Of a DNA stretch of 62,392 nt, positions 16,107 through 24,791 are shown in pieces (positions within the stretch are counted from its first letter, which is position 1; the number at the start of each line of letters is the position of its first letter). Source of the stretch: Myxococcota bacterium (GTDB lineage Bacteria > Myxococcota_A > Polyangia > Polyangiales > Houyiibacteriaceae). The stretch covers positions 1-62,392 of the forward strand of contig JBCCEK010000004.1 in the NCBI GenBank assembly GCA_039030295.1. The letters run 5' to 3'. Both the position numbers and the translations under genes were made by a program. Below the pieces are notes generated by a model. The model did no database searches. It worked only from the letters and a program-made list of their open reading frames with translations, and had not been told where the DNA came from.

Positions 16107-18182
16107 CTAGCGAGCTTCTTCGTCCATGCGACGCATGGCCTCGAGGAGGAGGTGATGCGTCGGGACACCAATGCGATCATCGACGGGGCCGGTTCCCGGG
16201 TCGAGTTCAAACTCACCCACCGTCAAACGCAGAATCGCGTAGATCGCCTCCGCACCGGTGAGATCTCCGAAGATGGCGTCGTGGATCGAGCCTTCCTGGA
16301 ACATCATCTCGCCTTTGAGCGTTCCGCTGACGACGCGAAGGCTCCCGCTCTTTCGACCGTTGGCGAGGATCTGAATGACGTCGGGCAACCCCATCTCCTG
16401 GAGCGACCCGGAGATACCCCTAGGTCCTGACTTCTGGCTACGGGCCGCCTCGACGATCCGGCCCGCCTTGGCCGCGACGACCGCCGCCGATGCGGGCTTG
16501 ACGACGTAGTCCGCGGCGCCGAGCTGGAGCCCACGGTTCACCGAAGCCTGATCGCGGCGCGCCGTCAGGAACATGACGGGCACTTGCGTGTGACCTCGTT
16601 GGCGGATCTTGTGCAAGAGGTCGAAGCCGCTCTCGGCCCCGACGGCGACCTCACTGACGATGACATCGAACGTCTCGGCATCGATCCGTCGGAGCGCACC
16701 CTCGACGTCCCGCTCGATCGTGACCTCGTAACCCTGCTCGGCGAATCGGACTTCGAGGACGGAAGTTTCCTCGGGGTCAGGGTCGACGATGAGCACTCGA
16801 TGACTACTCGCGAGGATCTGCCGCTTGAGGCCGTCATCCAGAACGACGTGGCGGAGCCAGTCGACGACCGATGGATCGAACGTAGACCCCTTGCTGCGAT
16901 CGAGCATGTCGCATGCGTCCTCGGCGGCGAGGCGCCGGCCGGCCGCGTTGGTCTCGGTCTGCGTGAGGTCCACGTAACTCTCGGCCACCGCCAGAATGCG
17001 GGCACCCAAGGGAATCTGCTTCCCGCTCAACCGCTCGGGAAAGCCGGAGCCGTCGAAGCACTCGTAGCGGTGCCGCAGGGCACTGACCGCGGTGTCGGGC
17101 AAGTTGGCCGACTCGAGGAGTCGTAGTGGCGCGGTGTAGACACGGCGAGCGAGCTCGCGCTTGGCCGTCGATTCGGCGGCATCGAAAGGTGTGACGTGCG
17201 ACTCCGTGGGCACGCCCACATCGTGGAGGTAGGCCGCTGCCAGGATGCCTTGAACTTCGGGTTTGGTGAGCTGAATCCGCTCGGCGAGTTGCTCGCAAAG
17301 GCGCGCGACACGCGTGGAGTGCCCCCCGCGGTCACGCTTGAGCTGTTCGACCAACGTGACCAGCACGTTGAGTGTCTCGAGGTAGGCTTCCGGCGCAACC
17401 GCGAGTGCTCCCGGCTCCGCAGGGGCGTTCAACGCCTCCATCATCGCCGCACCTGCAGCAATTCGAGGATGTGTTTCCGGTGGTTCCGGTTCGAGGGACT
17501 CGGGATCGGGCACCGGGTCGGGATCGGGTACTGGATCATTGGCGGGCACCTGGCTGACGCGAGCCACGCCGGTCCGCTGAATGAGAAGCCCGTCTTCCTC
17601 TTCGAAGACTTGGCCCCATCCCGGAACGGGATCGGACTCGCGCTTGGGCTCGACGACCCGGGACGAGGCTCCACTCAAGAGCATCTCGAACGGTCGGTTG
17701 TCTTGGTCGTAGTGCTTCGAGATGAGCGCGCGAATCGCCGCCTCACGGGCGACGTAGATCCGCACGTCACGGGCCCCGGTGGTGAACAGCATCTGCTGGC
17801 GTACGTCGTCGTCCGTCACGTCGGCGGCGACCACAGAGAGCGTTCGGGAACGCGTGTCGAACAAGATCGGAAACGCCGTCAGCCGTTTCGCGAGCTTCCG
17901 AGGGACCTTCCGTAGCAGCGATGAATCGATCCCGGCCTTAGAGAGCTTCTCGGACCCGACGAACCGGGTCTGATACAGGTTCGCGATGAACTTCAGAAGC
18001 GGCGCTTCCTCGATGTAGCCGAGTTGAAGCATCGCTTCCTCGGCCGTCGACTGAGTCCGCTGGGCGTGGATCAGGACCTCGTCGTACCGCTCGGGCGGAA
18101 TCCTGCCGTCGACCACGAGGCGATCAAGAATCGCCACCCCGCGGATTCGCGCAGTTTGTTCATGTTGAGCCCCCCGACCCAT
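16107..18182 (-). CDS. multidomain signalling protein: T2SSE_N(MshEN-like) + HD-GYP-like + receiver-like + DUF4388
   Basis: ORF 16107..18224; ATG 18182 chosen. HD domain H..YLHDVG. HRYECFDGSGFPERLSGKQIPLGARILAVAESYVDL has GFP in place of GYP. Receiver has E at the phospho-Asp position (DVIVSEVAV), with T (MFLTA) and K (DYVVKP) kept. C-terminal SLQEMGLPDVIQILANGRKSGSLRV matches DUF4388. Confidence 0.8.
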   Translation of the reverse strand: MGRGAQHEQTARIRGVAILDRLVVDGRIPPERYDEVLIHAQRTQSTAEEAMLQLGYIEEAPLLKFIANLYQTRFVGSEKLSKAGIDSSLLRKVPRKLAKRLTAFPILFDTRSRTLSVVAADVTDDDVRQQMLFTTGARDVRIYVAREAAIRALISKHYDQDNRPFEMLLSGASSRVVEPKRESDPVPGWGQVFEEEDGLLIQRTGVARVSQVPANDPVPDPDPVPDPESLEPEPPETHPRIAAGAAMMEALNAPAEPGALAVAPEAYLETLNVLVTLVEQLKRDRGGHSTRVARLCEQLAERIQLTKPEVQGILAAAYLHDVGVPTESHVTPFDAAESTAKRELARRVYTAPLRLLESANLPDTAVSALRHRYECFDGSGFPERLSGKQIPLGARILAVAESYVDLTQTETNAAGRRLAAEDACDMLDRSKGSTFDPSVVDWLRHVVLDDGLKRQILASSHRVLIVDPDPEETSVLEVRFAEQGYEVTIERDVEGALRRIDAETFDVIVSEVAVGAESGFDLLHKIRQRGHTQVPVMFLTARRDQASVNRGLQLGAADYVVKPASAAVVAAKAGRIVEAARSQKSGPRGISGSLQEMGLPDVIQILANGRKSGSLRVVSGTLKGEMMFQEGSIHDAIFGDLTGAEAIYAILRLTVGEFELDPGTGPVDDRIGVPTHHLLLEAMRRMDEEAR

Positions 18183-18281
18183 CGTCTCCCACAGTCTAGC
18201 GGACGAAAATCGCCGGTGCCGCACTTCCGAGGGGGCTGTGCGAAATAGACAACAATCTGGGGCCTGCTAGAGTCTGCCCCC

Positions 18282-18815
18282 GTGAGGTGGCGGGCGCGAA
18301 CATGGCTCCTCGTGGCCCTTGTGACGATGGGTCCCGCCGCCTTCAGTGGCTGCGCCACCACAGGGACGCTCGAAAACAGCGTCTACAAGAGCCCCGAGAC
18401 CACCTACCAAGTCGGCCCGCTCGGGCCAGGCTGGACTCGGCTCGCGGTCAACGACCAAAACGACCTGGCCTTCCACAACGCGAGCAAAGAAGCCGTCATG
18501 CATGTGGATTCGCGCTGCGACCCGTCACTCGACATCCCTCTGACCGCACTCCGCGCCCACCTGATGATCGGGTTCACCGACCGGAACGTGATCTCGGAGC
18601 AGACCGTACCGATGGACGCTCGTGAAGCGCTTCGCACGCACTTCACTGCGAAGCTCGATGGCGTCGAACGCGAGATCGTCATGCAGATCCTCAAGAAGGA
18701 TGGCTGCGTCTACGACTTCGCGCTGATCACGCCTCCGGGTCCACCCTTCGAAGACGCGGTTGATGATTTCGACGCATTCGTCGACGGCTTCAATACGATC
18801 TCGGAAAAGTCATGA
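18282..18815 (+). CDS. hypothetical lipoprotein
   Basis: GTG start. Signal plus lipobox LLVALVTMGPAAFSGC. ATGA overlap with mlaE. No family recognised. Confidence 0.6.
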   Translation: MRWRARTWLLVALVTMGPAAFSGCATTGTLENSVYKSPETTYQVGPLGPGWTRLAVNDQNDLAFHNASKEAVMHVDSRCDPSLDIPLTALRAHLMIGFTDRNVISEQTVPMDAREALRTHFTAKLDGVEREIVMQILKKDGCVYDFALITPPGPPFEDAVDDFDAFVDGFNTISEKS

Positions 18816-19633
18816 GCTCCGTTCGTCCTTCCGTTGGACCAAGGACGCTGACGGCGTGGATCGACCACCAGATTCGTAGGCTGCGGTACTTCGTCGAAGA
18901 GATAGGTGATGCGACCTTGCTGGCGGGGCGGACGTTCAGAACCCTGTTCACGACTCGCTTCGACACCCAAGAGTTCATCTATCAGATCGAGCAGCTGGGG
19001 GTTCGGAGCATCGCGATTGCTTCCGCCACGGCGATCTTCGTCGGAATCGTCATGACGATTCAGTTCGCGGTATCGATGGAGGCGTTCGGGGCGAAGGACA
19101 CGCTTGGCCGAGTGATCGCCGTGTCTGAGGCACGTGAGCTCGCCCCGTCACTGACCGCGCTGGTGGTCGGCAGCCGGATCGCCGCAGGCATGGCCGCGGA
19201 GATCGGCTCGATGGCCGTGACCGAGCAGATCGACGCGATCCGTGCGCTCGGCGCAGACCCAATCCGTAAGCTCGTGGTCCCTCGCGTGGTCGCAGGCATC
19301 GTCATCATGCCCTTGATCACATTCATCGCGTTCATCCTCGGCATGGTGAGCTCGATGCTGGTCGCGGCGCTCTCCTACGGCATCCCGATGGAGTTCTTCT
19401 ACTCGACCGCGCTTGACACGCTTCGCCTTCAAGACTTCACGAGCGGGGTCTCGAAGACGCCGTTCTTCGGCTTCCTCATTGCAATGCTCGGTTGCTACTT
19501 CGGGCTTCAGACACGTGGCGGCACCGAAGGCGTCGGTCGGTCGACTACCCGAGCCGTGGTCGTCGTCTCGATCAGCATTCTCATGGCGGATGCCTTGCTG
19601 ACCCAGATATTCGTGAGCTTCGGCACGCTCTAG
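18812..19633 (+). CDS. mlaE: MlaE-family ABC transporter permease
   Basis: 273 aa. The stretch RELAPSLTALVVGSRIAAGMAAEIGSMAVTEQIDAIRALGADPIRKLVVPRV is typical of the MlaE/YrbE/Ttg2B family. Confidence 0.88.
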   Translation: MSSVRPSVGPRTLTAWIDHQIRRLRYFVEEIGDATLLAGRTFRTLFTTRFDTQEFIYQIEQLGVRSIAIASATAIFVGIVMTIQFAVSMEAFGAKDTLGRVIAVSEARELAPSLTALVVGSRIAAGMAAEIGSMAVTEQIDAIRALGADPIRKLVVPRVVAGIVIMPLITFIAFILGMVSSMLVAALSYGIPMEFFYSTALDTLRLQDFTSGVSKTPFFGFLIAMLGCYFGLQTRGGTEGVGRSTTRAVVVVSISILMADALLTQIFVSFGTL

Positions 19634-19689
19634 CGGGGCCGCGAATGGGAGGATTGGACCGATCGATGGGGTCGCGCGTCTACCGGAAG

Positions 19690-21855
19690 ATGTCAGTCCG
19701 AAGATGGTTGACCACCCTAGTTCTTGCGGGGGCATCGCTTGGCGCATGCGCCGAGGGTCCGGTGGAGGTCGACAATGGGCACAACCGGTACTCGCATCCC
19801 TCCTTCCTCGGAGCTCCTTCGACCACGGACCTTGCGAGGTTGGCCACGACGGAGGACTGCAAGACCTGTCATGCGGATGTGGCGTCGCAATGGGCCCACA
19901 GCGTTCATGCGCGTTCATCGTTCGACAACCCCTGGTACCGCGCCAGCGTGGACGCCTTTCGGGAGGCTCGAGGACCGGAGGCCAGCCGTTTCTGTGCGGG
20001 ATGCCATGACCCACTGCTCCTCGTGGCGGGAGACATCGACGTCGAGGTGGATCCGGGCAACGCGCTGGCGTATGCCGGGGTCACCTGCACCGTCTGCCAC
20101 AGCGTCCAGTCGTCGACCCCCGACGGAAACGGAAGCCTCTCGCTAAGTGACCAGGCCATCTTGATACCCGACCCGGCGGTCCCTGAAGAGATCGAGGCTC
20201 ACCGGCGGCGATTGACGCTTGCGCCCCTTCGAACCGAAGCCCTGTGTGGTTCCTGTCATCGATCGTTCTCTGGGCGCGCCATCGGCAACGAACACCACCT
20301 TGCTGGGATCGAAGACCTCGGGGACTGGCTCGACTCGGCATTCGGCGGCGGCGCCCCGGATCACGTCTTCGACGTTGAGACGGCTCGCTGTCAAGACTGT
20401 CACATGCCTGAGGTGCCGTCGGTCCTCGGCGATCTGGCTGGCATCGATGGCTCAGTTCGGGAGCACCGGTGGGCGTCGTCGCACACGGCGATGGCCTCGC
20501 AGCTCGATCCCGAGTCACTCGCCGGCGCGATCGAGACCCTGAGGGCCGCGGCGGTGGTTGACGTAGGAGCGGTAAGAGTGGGCGATGAACGGTACGTCCT
20601 TCCTGAGGAGGCCGTCGTGACGGGCGGGCATCCCCTCGTTCTGGATATCCTCCTCGAGAACAGGGGAGCCGGGCATCGTTTTCCTGGGGGCACGCGCGAC
20701 ATGCACGACGTTTGGGTCGAGGTCGAGATCGTCGACGCGTCAGGTCGCGTACTCGGCGTCTCCCAACCGGACGGCAACCAAGACGGGGTGTTCATTCTCC
20801 GGTCAACCCTGCTAGACGACCGCGGCGACCCCGAAACCCTTCACCAAGTGCACCGGTTTTCGACCGCCGCCTTTGATCGAACAATCCCCGCACACGGAAC
20901 ACAGGTCGTGCGCTACGAGATGCAGCTTCCGGCGCGGCCACGCCTTCCACTGCAAGTCAACGCACGCCTGATGCACCGTAAACACAGCCTCGCGTTCCAA
21001 CGACTCGCCTGCCTCGACAGTCAGAGCGAGCGCGGACGGGCGTTCGCTGAAGGCGCGGTCGCGCTTGGGAAGGTACCGCTCGATCCCTGCTTGCCCCAGC
21101 CGGTGACGACCATCGCCGACGCAACGGTGTGGCTCGGTCGCAACGACGCTCGACTCGACACGACTCCTCGCGGCGGTGCCGCGCGCGCGACCCAAGAGCG
21201 CCTCTTGTCGCAGGCGCGAGGCTTGCTTGGCGAGACGCAGGAGCGCACTGAACTGGCGCGCCCGAGCTTGAACAGAGTGATCGCGTCGGCTCGAAAGCAC
21301 GGGTCGACCGAGGCACTTGGACGCGGAGAGCTTCTCTTGGCGAGGCTCCACGCCCAACAAGGCCGACCGGAGCAAGCGGTCGAGGCGACGCGACGGGCGG
21401 AGACTGCGCTTGGCAAGAGCGCAACGCTCGATCGAGTCGTCGGGGACGCGTACGCGCAAGTCTGGCGCTGGCGGGAAGCCGTCGTCGCCTACGAGAAGGT
21501 CGTTCGACAAGCTCCGCGGAGCCCAGCCGCCTGGCGTAGTCTGGCGCACGCGTATGGAAGCCTGGCAGATGATTCCGAAGCGCTGAGGGCTGCGAACGAA
21601 GGTCTCCGATGGGCACCCCGAGATGAGGGCCTGCTGCGCACGCGCGCGTTGGCGCTGCGCGGGCTTGGAGACCCTGAAGCCGACGCCGCTGAAGAGAGAT
21701 GGCTCCGACATCGGGTTCCGGACTCGACCCCGGGACAACTTGCCCGATGCGAGCAAAAACATGTGCGATGCCAAACGGATAGGCAGCCAATTCCGCGCTA
21801 TCGGCTCGTCGAACCCCCCACAAAGGCGATTCCCGGACGCCCGATTTCTCGGTAG
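19690..21855 (+). CDS. multihaem c-type cytochrome lipoprotein with C-terminal TPR region
   Basis: ORF 19492..21855 trimmed so it does not overlap mlaE. ATG 19690 gives MSVRRWLTTLVLAGASLGAC; ATG 19645 and 19666 are alternatives. Five CxxCH motifs: CKTCH, CAGCH, CTVCH, CGSCH, CQDCH. C-terminal part is TPR-like. Confidence 0.8.
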   Translation: MSVRRWLTTLVLAGASLGACAEGPVEVDNGHNRYSHPSFLGAPSTTDLARLATTEDCKTCHADVASQWAHSVHARSSFDNPWYRASVDAFREARGPEASRFCAGCHDPLLLVAGDIDVEVDPGNALAYAGVTCTVCHSVQSSTPDGNGSLSLSDQAILIPDPAVPEEIEAHRRRLTLAPLRTEALCGSCHRSFSGRAIGNEHHLAGIEDLGDWLDSAFGGGAPDHVFDVETARCQDCHMPEVPSVLGDLAGIDGSVREHRWASSHTAMASQLDPESLAGAIETLRAAAVVDVGAVRVGDERYVLPEEAVVTGGHPLVLDILLENRGAGHRFPGGTRDMHDVWVEVEIVDASGRVLGVSQPDGNQDGVFILRSTLLDDRGDPETLHQVHRFSTAAFDRTIPAHGTQVVRYEMQLPARPRLPLQVNARLMHRKHSLAFQRLACLDSQSERGRAFAEGAVALGKVPLDPCLPQPVTTIADATVWLGRNDARLDTTPRGGAARATQERLLSQARGLLGETQERTELARPSLNRVIASARKHGSTEALGRGELLLARLHAQQGRPEQAVEATRRAETALGKSATLDRVVGDAYAQVWRWREAVVAYEKVVRQAPRSPAAWRSLAHAYGSLADDSEALRAANEGLRWAPRDEGLLRTRALALRGLGDPEADAAEERWLRHRVPDSTPGQLARCEQKHVRCQTDRQPIPRYRLVEPPTKAIPGRPISR

Positions 21856-21864
21856 GATGGGACC

Positions 21865-22107
21865 ATGTCCAAGCGGTACCAAAAGAAGAGCGCGACGAAG
21901 AAGAAGCGCAACAAGAGCGGTCACGGGCCATCACGCAACGCCGTCGGCGGCCAGACCACGGGCGTGATGGGCGGCATGGTTCATGGCTTCCGGCGAGCCG
22001 TAGGGTCCGAGGAAGACAAAGGTTCGAGCAAGGGTTCGAGCCTGCTGTGGACTGCGGTGCTGGTGACGGTCACGTTGGCCGTCGTCGCCTGGAACTTCGC
22101 CCAGTAG
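21865..22107 (+). CDS. small lysine-rich tail-anchored membrane protein (hypothetical)
   Basis: 80 aa: MSKRYQKKSATKKKRNKSGHG.. followed by one C-terminal hydrophobic helix LLWTAVLVTVTLAVVAWNF. It fills the gap between the cytochrome gene and aroC. Confidence 0.4.
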   Translation: MSKRYQKKSATKKKRNKSGHGPSRNAVGGQTTGVMGGMVHGFRRAVGSEEDKGSSKGSSLLWTAVLVTVTLAVVAWNFAQ

Positions 22108-22110
22108 CGT

Positions 22111-23211
22111 TCACTCGCGGATGGCGCGCCACCGCAGCCAGTGATCCGCCAGAACGAGTGCGACCATGGCTTCTGCCATCGGCACGAAGCGCGGCAGCAG
22201 ACATGGGTCATGACGACCGGTGGTTCGCACCGTCGTCGCCTCGCCCTCTGCATTCACGGTATCCTGGGCGCGCGGTAGGCTGCTGGTAGGCTTGACCGCA
22301 GCCCGCATCACGATTGGCATCCCACTCGAGATGCCGCCGAGCATGCCACCATGCCGATTCGTACGTGTCTGGACTCGTCCGCCGGCGTCGATCTCGAAGG
22401 CGTCGTTGTTCTCGCTCCCTTTGAGACGCGCCACGTCGAAGCCCGCGCCATACTCGACGCCCATGACCGCAGGAAGGCTGAAAAGGCCTTTCGCGAGGTC
22501 CGCCTTGAGCTTGTCGAAGACGGGCTCTCCGAGGCCCGCGGGAACATGGGTCGCGACGACCTCGGCGACACCCCCGATCGAGTCTTGCGCCTTCCGCATC
22601 TTCTCTATCAACGTGACCATGGCCGCACCCGCCTCTGGGTCAGGGCATCGAACGATGTTGGGTTCCCCGTTGGGCCACCGCTCGACTTGGTCCAGAGTGA
22701 CACCCTCAGGGATCTTCGCCTCGATCTCTCCAATCCGGATGACGTAGCCGACGACCACACCACCAAACGAGACTGCGAGCAGTTTCTTGGCCACAGCGCC
22801 GGCGGCGACGCGCGCGACAGTCTCTCGGGCGCTGCTTCGCCCACCGCCGCGGTAGTCGCGGCGGCCAAACTTCGCGTCGAATGTGTAGTCGGCATGGCCG
22901 GGTCGATAGACGTCTTTGATCTTGGTGTAGTCGCGTGAACGCTGGTCCTGGTTGCGGACCAAGATCGCGATCGGGGTCCCGGTCGTCTCGCCCTCGAACA
23001 CGCCGGAGAGGATCTCCGGGGCGTCGGGCTCCTTACGTTGGGTGACGATCTTGCTCTGTCCTGGGCGTCGTCGATCCAGATCGGCGGTGATGTCCTCTTC
23101 GCTCAGCGGGATCCCAGGCGGGCAGCCGTCGATGATGACCACATTCCCAGGCCCGTGACTCTCGCCGGCACTCGTGACGCGAAATGCAGAGCCGAACGTA
23201 CTACCCGCCAT
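22111..23211 (-). CDS. aroC: chorismate synthase
   Basis: [21 protein letters not shown]-terminus; family-wide similarity over 366 aa. Confidence 0.96.
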   Translation of the reverse strand: MAGSTFGSAFRVTSAGESHGPGNVVIIDGCPPGIPLSEEDITADLDRRRPGQSKIVTQRKEPDAPEILSGVFEGETTGTPIAILVRNQDQRSRDYTKIKDVYRPGHADYTFDAKFGRRDYRGGGRSSARETVARVAAGAVAKKLLAVSFGGVVVGYVIRIGEIEAKIPEGVTLDQVERWPNGEPNIVRCPDPEAGAAMVTLIEKMRKAQDSIGGVAEVVATHVPAGLGEPVFDKLKADLAKGLFSLPAVMGVEYGAGFDVARLKGSENNDAFEIDAGGRVQTRTNRHGGMLGGISSGMPIVMRAAVKPTSSLPRAQDTVNAEGEATTVRTTGRHDPCLLPRFVPMAEAMVALVLADHWLRWRAIRE

Positions 23212-23217
23212 GGCGCG

Positions 23218-23961
23218 TCAGCCTCCGACGCCAGCGTGGTGGCCGATGGCGCGACCGACGAAGAACGGCCCCATCTGTTGGATGTACTTGGCGGTCTGAA
23301 CCGTGCCTCGCATCGCCTGGACCACGTGGGACAAGCGGTGGAGGTTCTCGCCGACGAGACCGATCACGAACTCGTTGTCGTTCGCATCGAGACCGTGGCA
23401 CGCAAGTCGCACATCGTGGGCGAGGTCCTGTGCTCCGTACGCACGACCGATCGTCGCGTGCTCGCGGAGGATCCCACCCTTTTCGCGACCTTCGAGTTGC
23501 TCGAAGGCCCCGGAACGGCGAAGCGGATACCAGACCGCCCACGGCCAACTCGGGTTCAGAACCGTCTTGCGCGGCCGATCCAAGAGCCAAAACGCGAGGT
23601 CTTGTTCATAGCCGCTGCTGTACGTGCGACCGATCATGGTGAGTTCAGGACGCAACACCCAGTCGCGAAGCTGTTCCTGCTCGAACAGCGGGCGAACGGA
23701 CTCGATGAACATGGCCGGGTCTTCGCCAAACGTGAGGAGCCCTACGCCCCGAGGATCGTTGGCGTCGGCGTACACGACACTTGGTAAACCAGCGGCTTCG
23801 GTAGCCGCGATGAGTGCCCCTTGGTTCTCTAGGATGGAGACGCCGGTGGGTATTTGGAACACCAAGAGCTGCATGAACAGCCGCCGATCCATCTGTTGGG
23901 GTTGCCCATCGCGGTGCGCCCCTCGTTCACGGATATCGATCAAGTCTCCGGATTCGCCCAT
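23218..23961 (-). CDS. chlorite dismutase family (Cld/HemQ-like) haem protein
   Basis: ORF 23218..24234 trimmed to ATG 23961. ILREHATIGRAY..DVRLACHGLDANDNEFVIGLVGENLHRLSHVVQAMRGTVQTAKYI..GPFFVG fits the family pattern. Confidence 0.78.
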   Translation of the reverse strand: MGESGDLIDIRERGAHRDGQPQQMDRRLFMQLLVFQIPTGVSILENQGALIAATEAAGLPSVVYADANDPRGVGLLTFGEDPAMFIESVRPLFEQEQLRDWVLRPELTMIGRTYSSGYEQDLAFWLLDRPRKTVLNPSWPWAVWYPLRRSGAFEQLEGREKGGILREHATIGRAYGAQDLAHDVRLACHGLDANDNEFVIGLVGENLHRLSHVVQAMRGTVQTAKYIQQMGPFFVGRAIGHHAGVGG

Positions 23962-24027
23962 GCCGCGTTCATAGCGCTTTTGCGCTCGCCCTGCACAGTG
24001 TAGGCTCCGTGCTCCCGAAGGAGGGCC

Positions 24028-24780
24028 ATGGGGTTTCTGAAAGTAATTGGGGCGGTGCTCGTCGGAGCGGTCGTGGTCTTGATGGGCGCCGCCTACTTCG
24101 CGAGCGACCCGAGGCCAGTCGGAATCCCCGGACCGGATGCCGAGGCGCTGGCAACCAAGATGGAGACGGCGGTCAACAAGCAGGCCTGGGACCGCACCGG
24201 TGCAGTGAGGTGGTCGTTCTTTGAGAAGCACCACTACGTGTGGGACCGCGCCCGACGAGTCGTGGAGGTGCGGTGGGGCGAGACCCGCGTCCTGCTCCGA
24301 ACCGATGACAAGACAGGGCTGGCTTGGGGAAAGGACGGCGCCATCACGGGCGAGGACGCGGACGCTGCGCTCGACAGAGCCTACAAGTTCTGGATCAACG
24401 ACTCCTTCTGGCTAAACCCCGTGGCCAAGTTACGCGACCCAGGTGTCACGTTGAGTGTGGTCACCGAAGAGGACGGCCAACAAGGCTTGTTGGTCAGCTA
24501 CAGCAGCGGCGGGGTCACACCAGGTGACGCGTACCTCTGGAACGTGGATCCGGACGGGCTTCCAGTGCGCTGGCGGATGTGGGTGAGCATCATTCCGATC
24601 GGAGGGATCTCCGTCACGTGGGAGAACTGGGTGGAGCTGAGCACCGGGGCGCTGGTCGCTACCGAACACGAGGGAGGCGGCCGCGTGATGACGTTCCTGA
24701 CGAACGTCGCGGGTGCCGAGTCGCTCGAAGCGCTCGACGGGGCGGACGCGTCGCTTTTCGACCCGCTGTTCCAGAGCTAG
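24028..24780 (+). CDS. hypothetical N-terminally anchored membrane protein
   Basis: GGAGG-type RBS just upstream. TM anchor VIGAVLVGAVVVLMGAAYF. No family recognised. Confidence 0.6.
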   Translation: MGFLKVIGAVLVGAVVVLMGAAYFASDPRPVGIPGPDAEALATKMETAVNKQAWDRTGAVRWSFFEKHHYVWDRARRVVEVRWGETRVLLRTDDKTGLAWGKDGAITGEDADAALDRAYKFWINDSFWLNPVAKLRDPGVTLSVVTEEDGQQGLLVSYSSGGVTPGDAYLWNVDPDGLPVRWRMWVSIIPIGGISVTWENWVELSTGALVATEHEGGGRVMTFLTNVAGAESLEALDGADASLFDPLFQS

Positions 24781-24791
24781 CCAAGTCCTGG

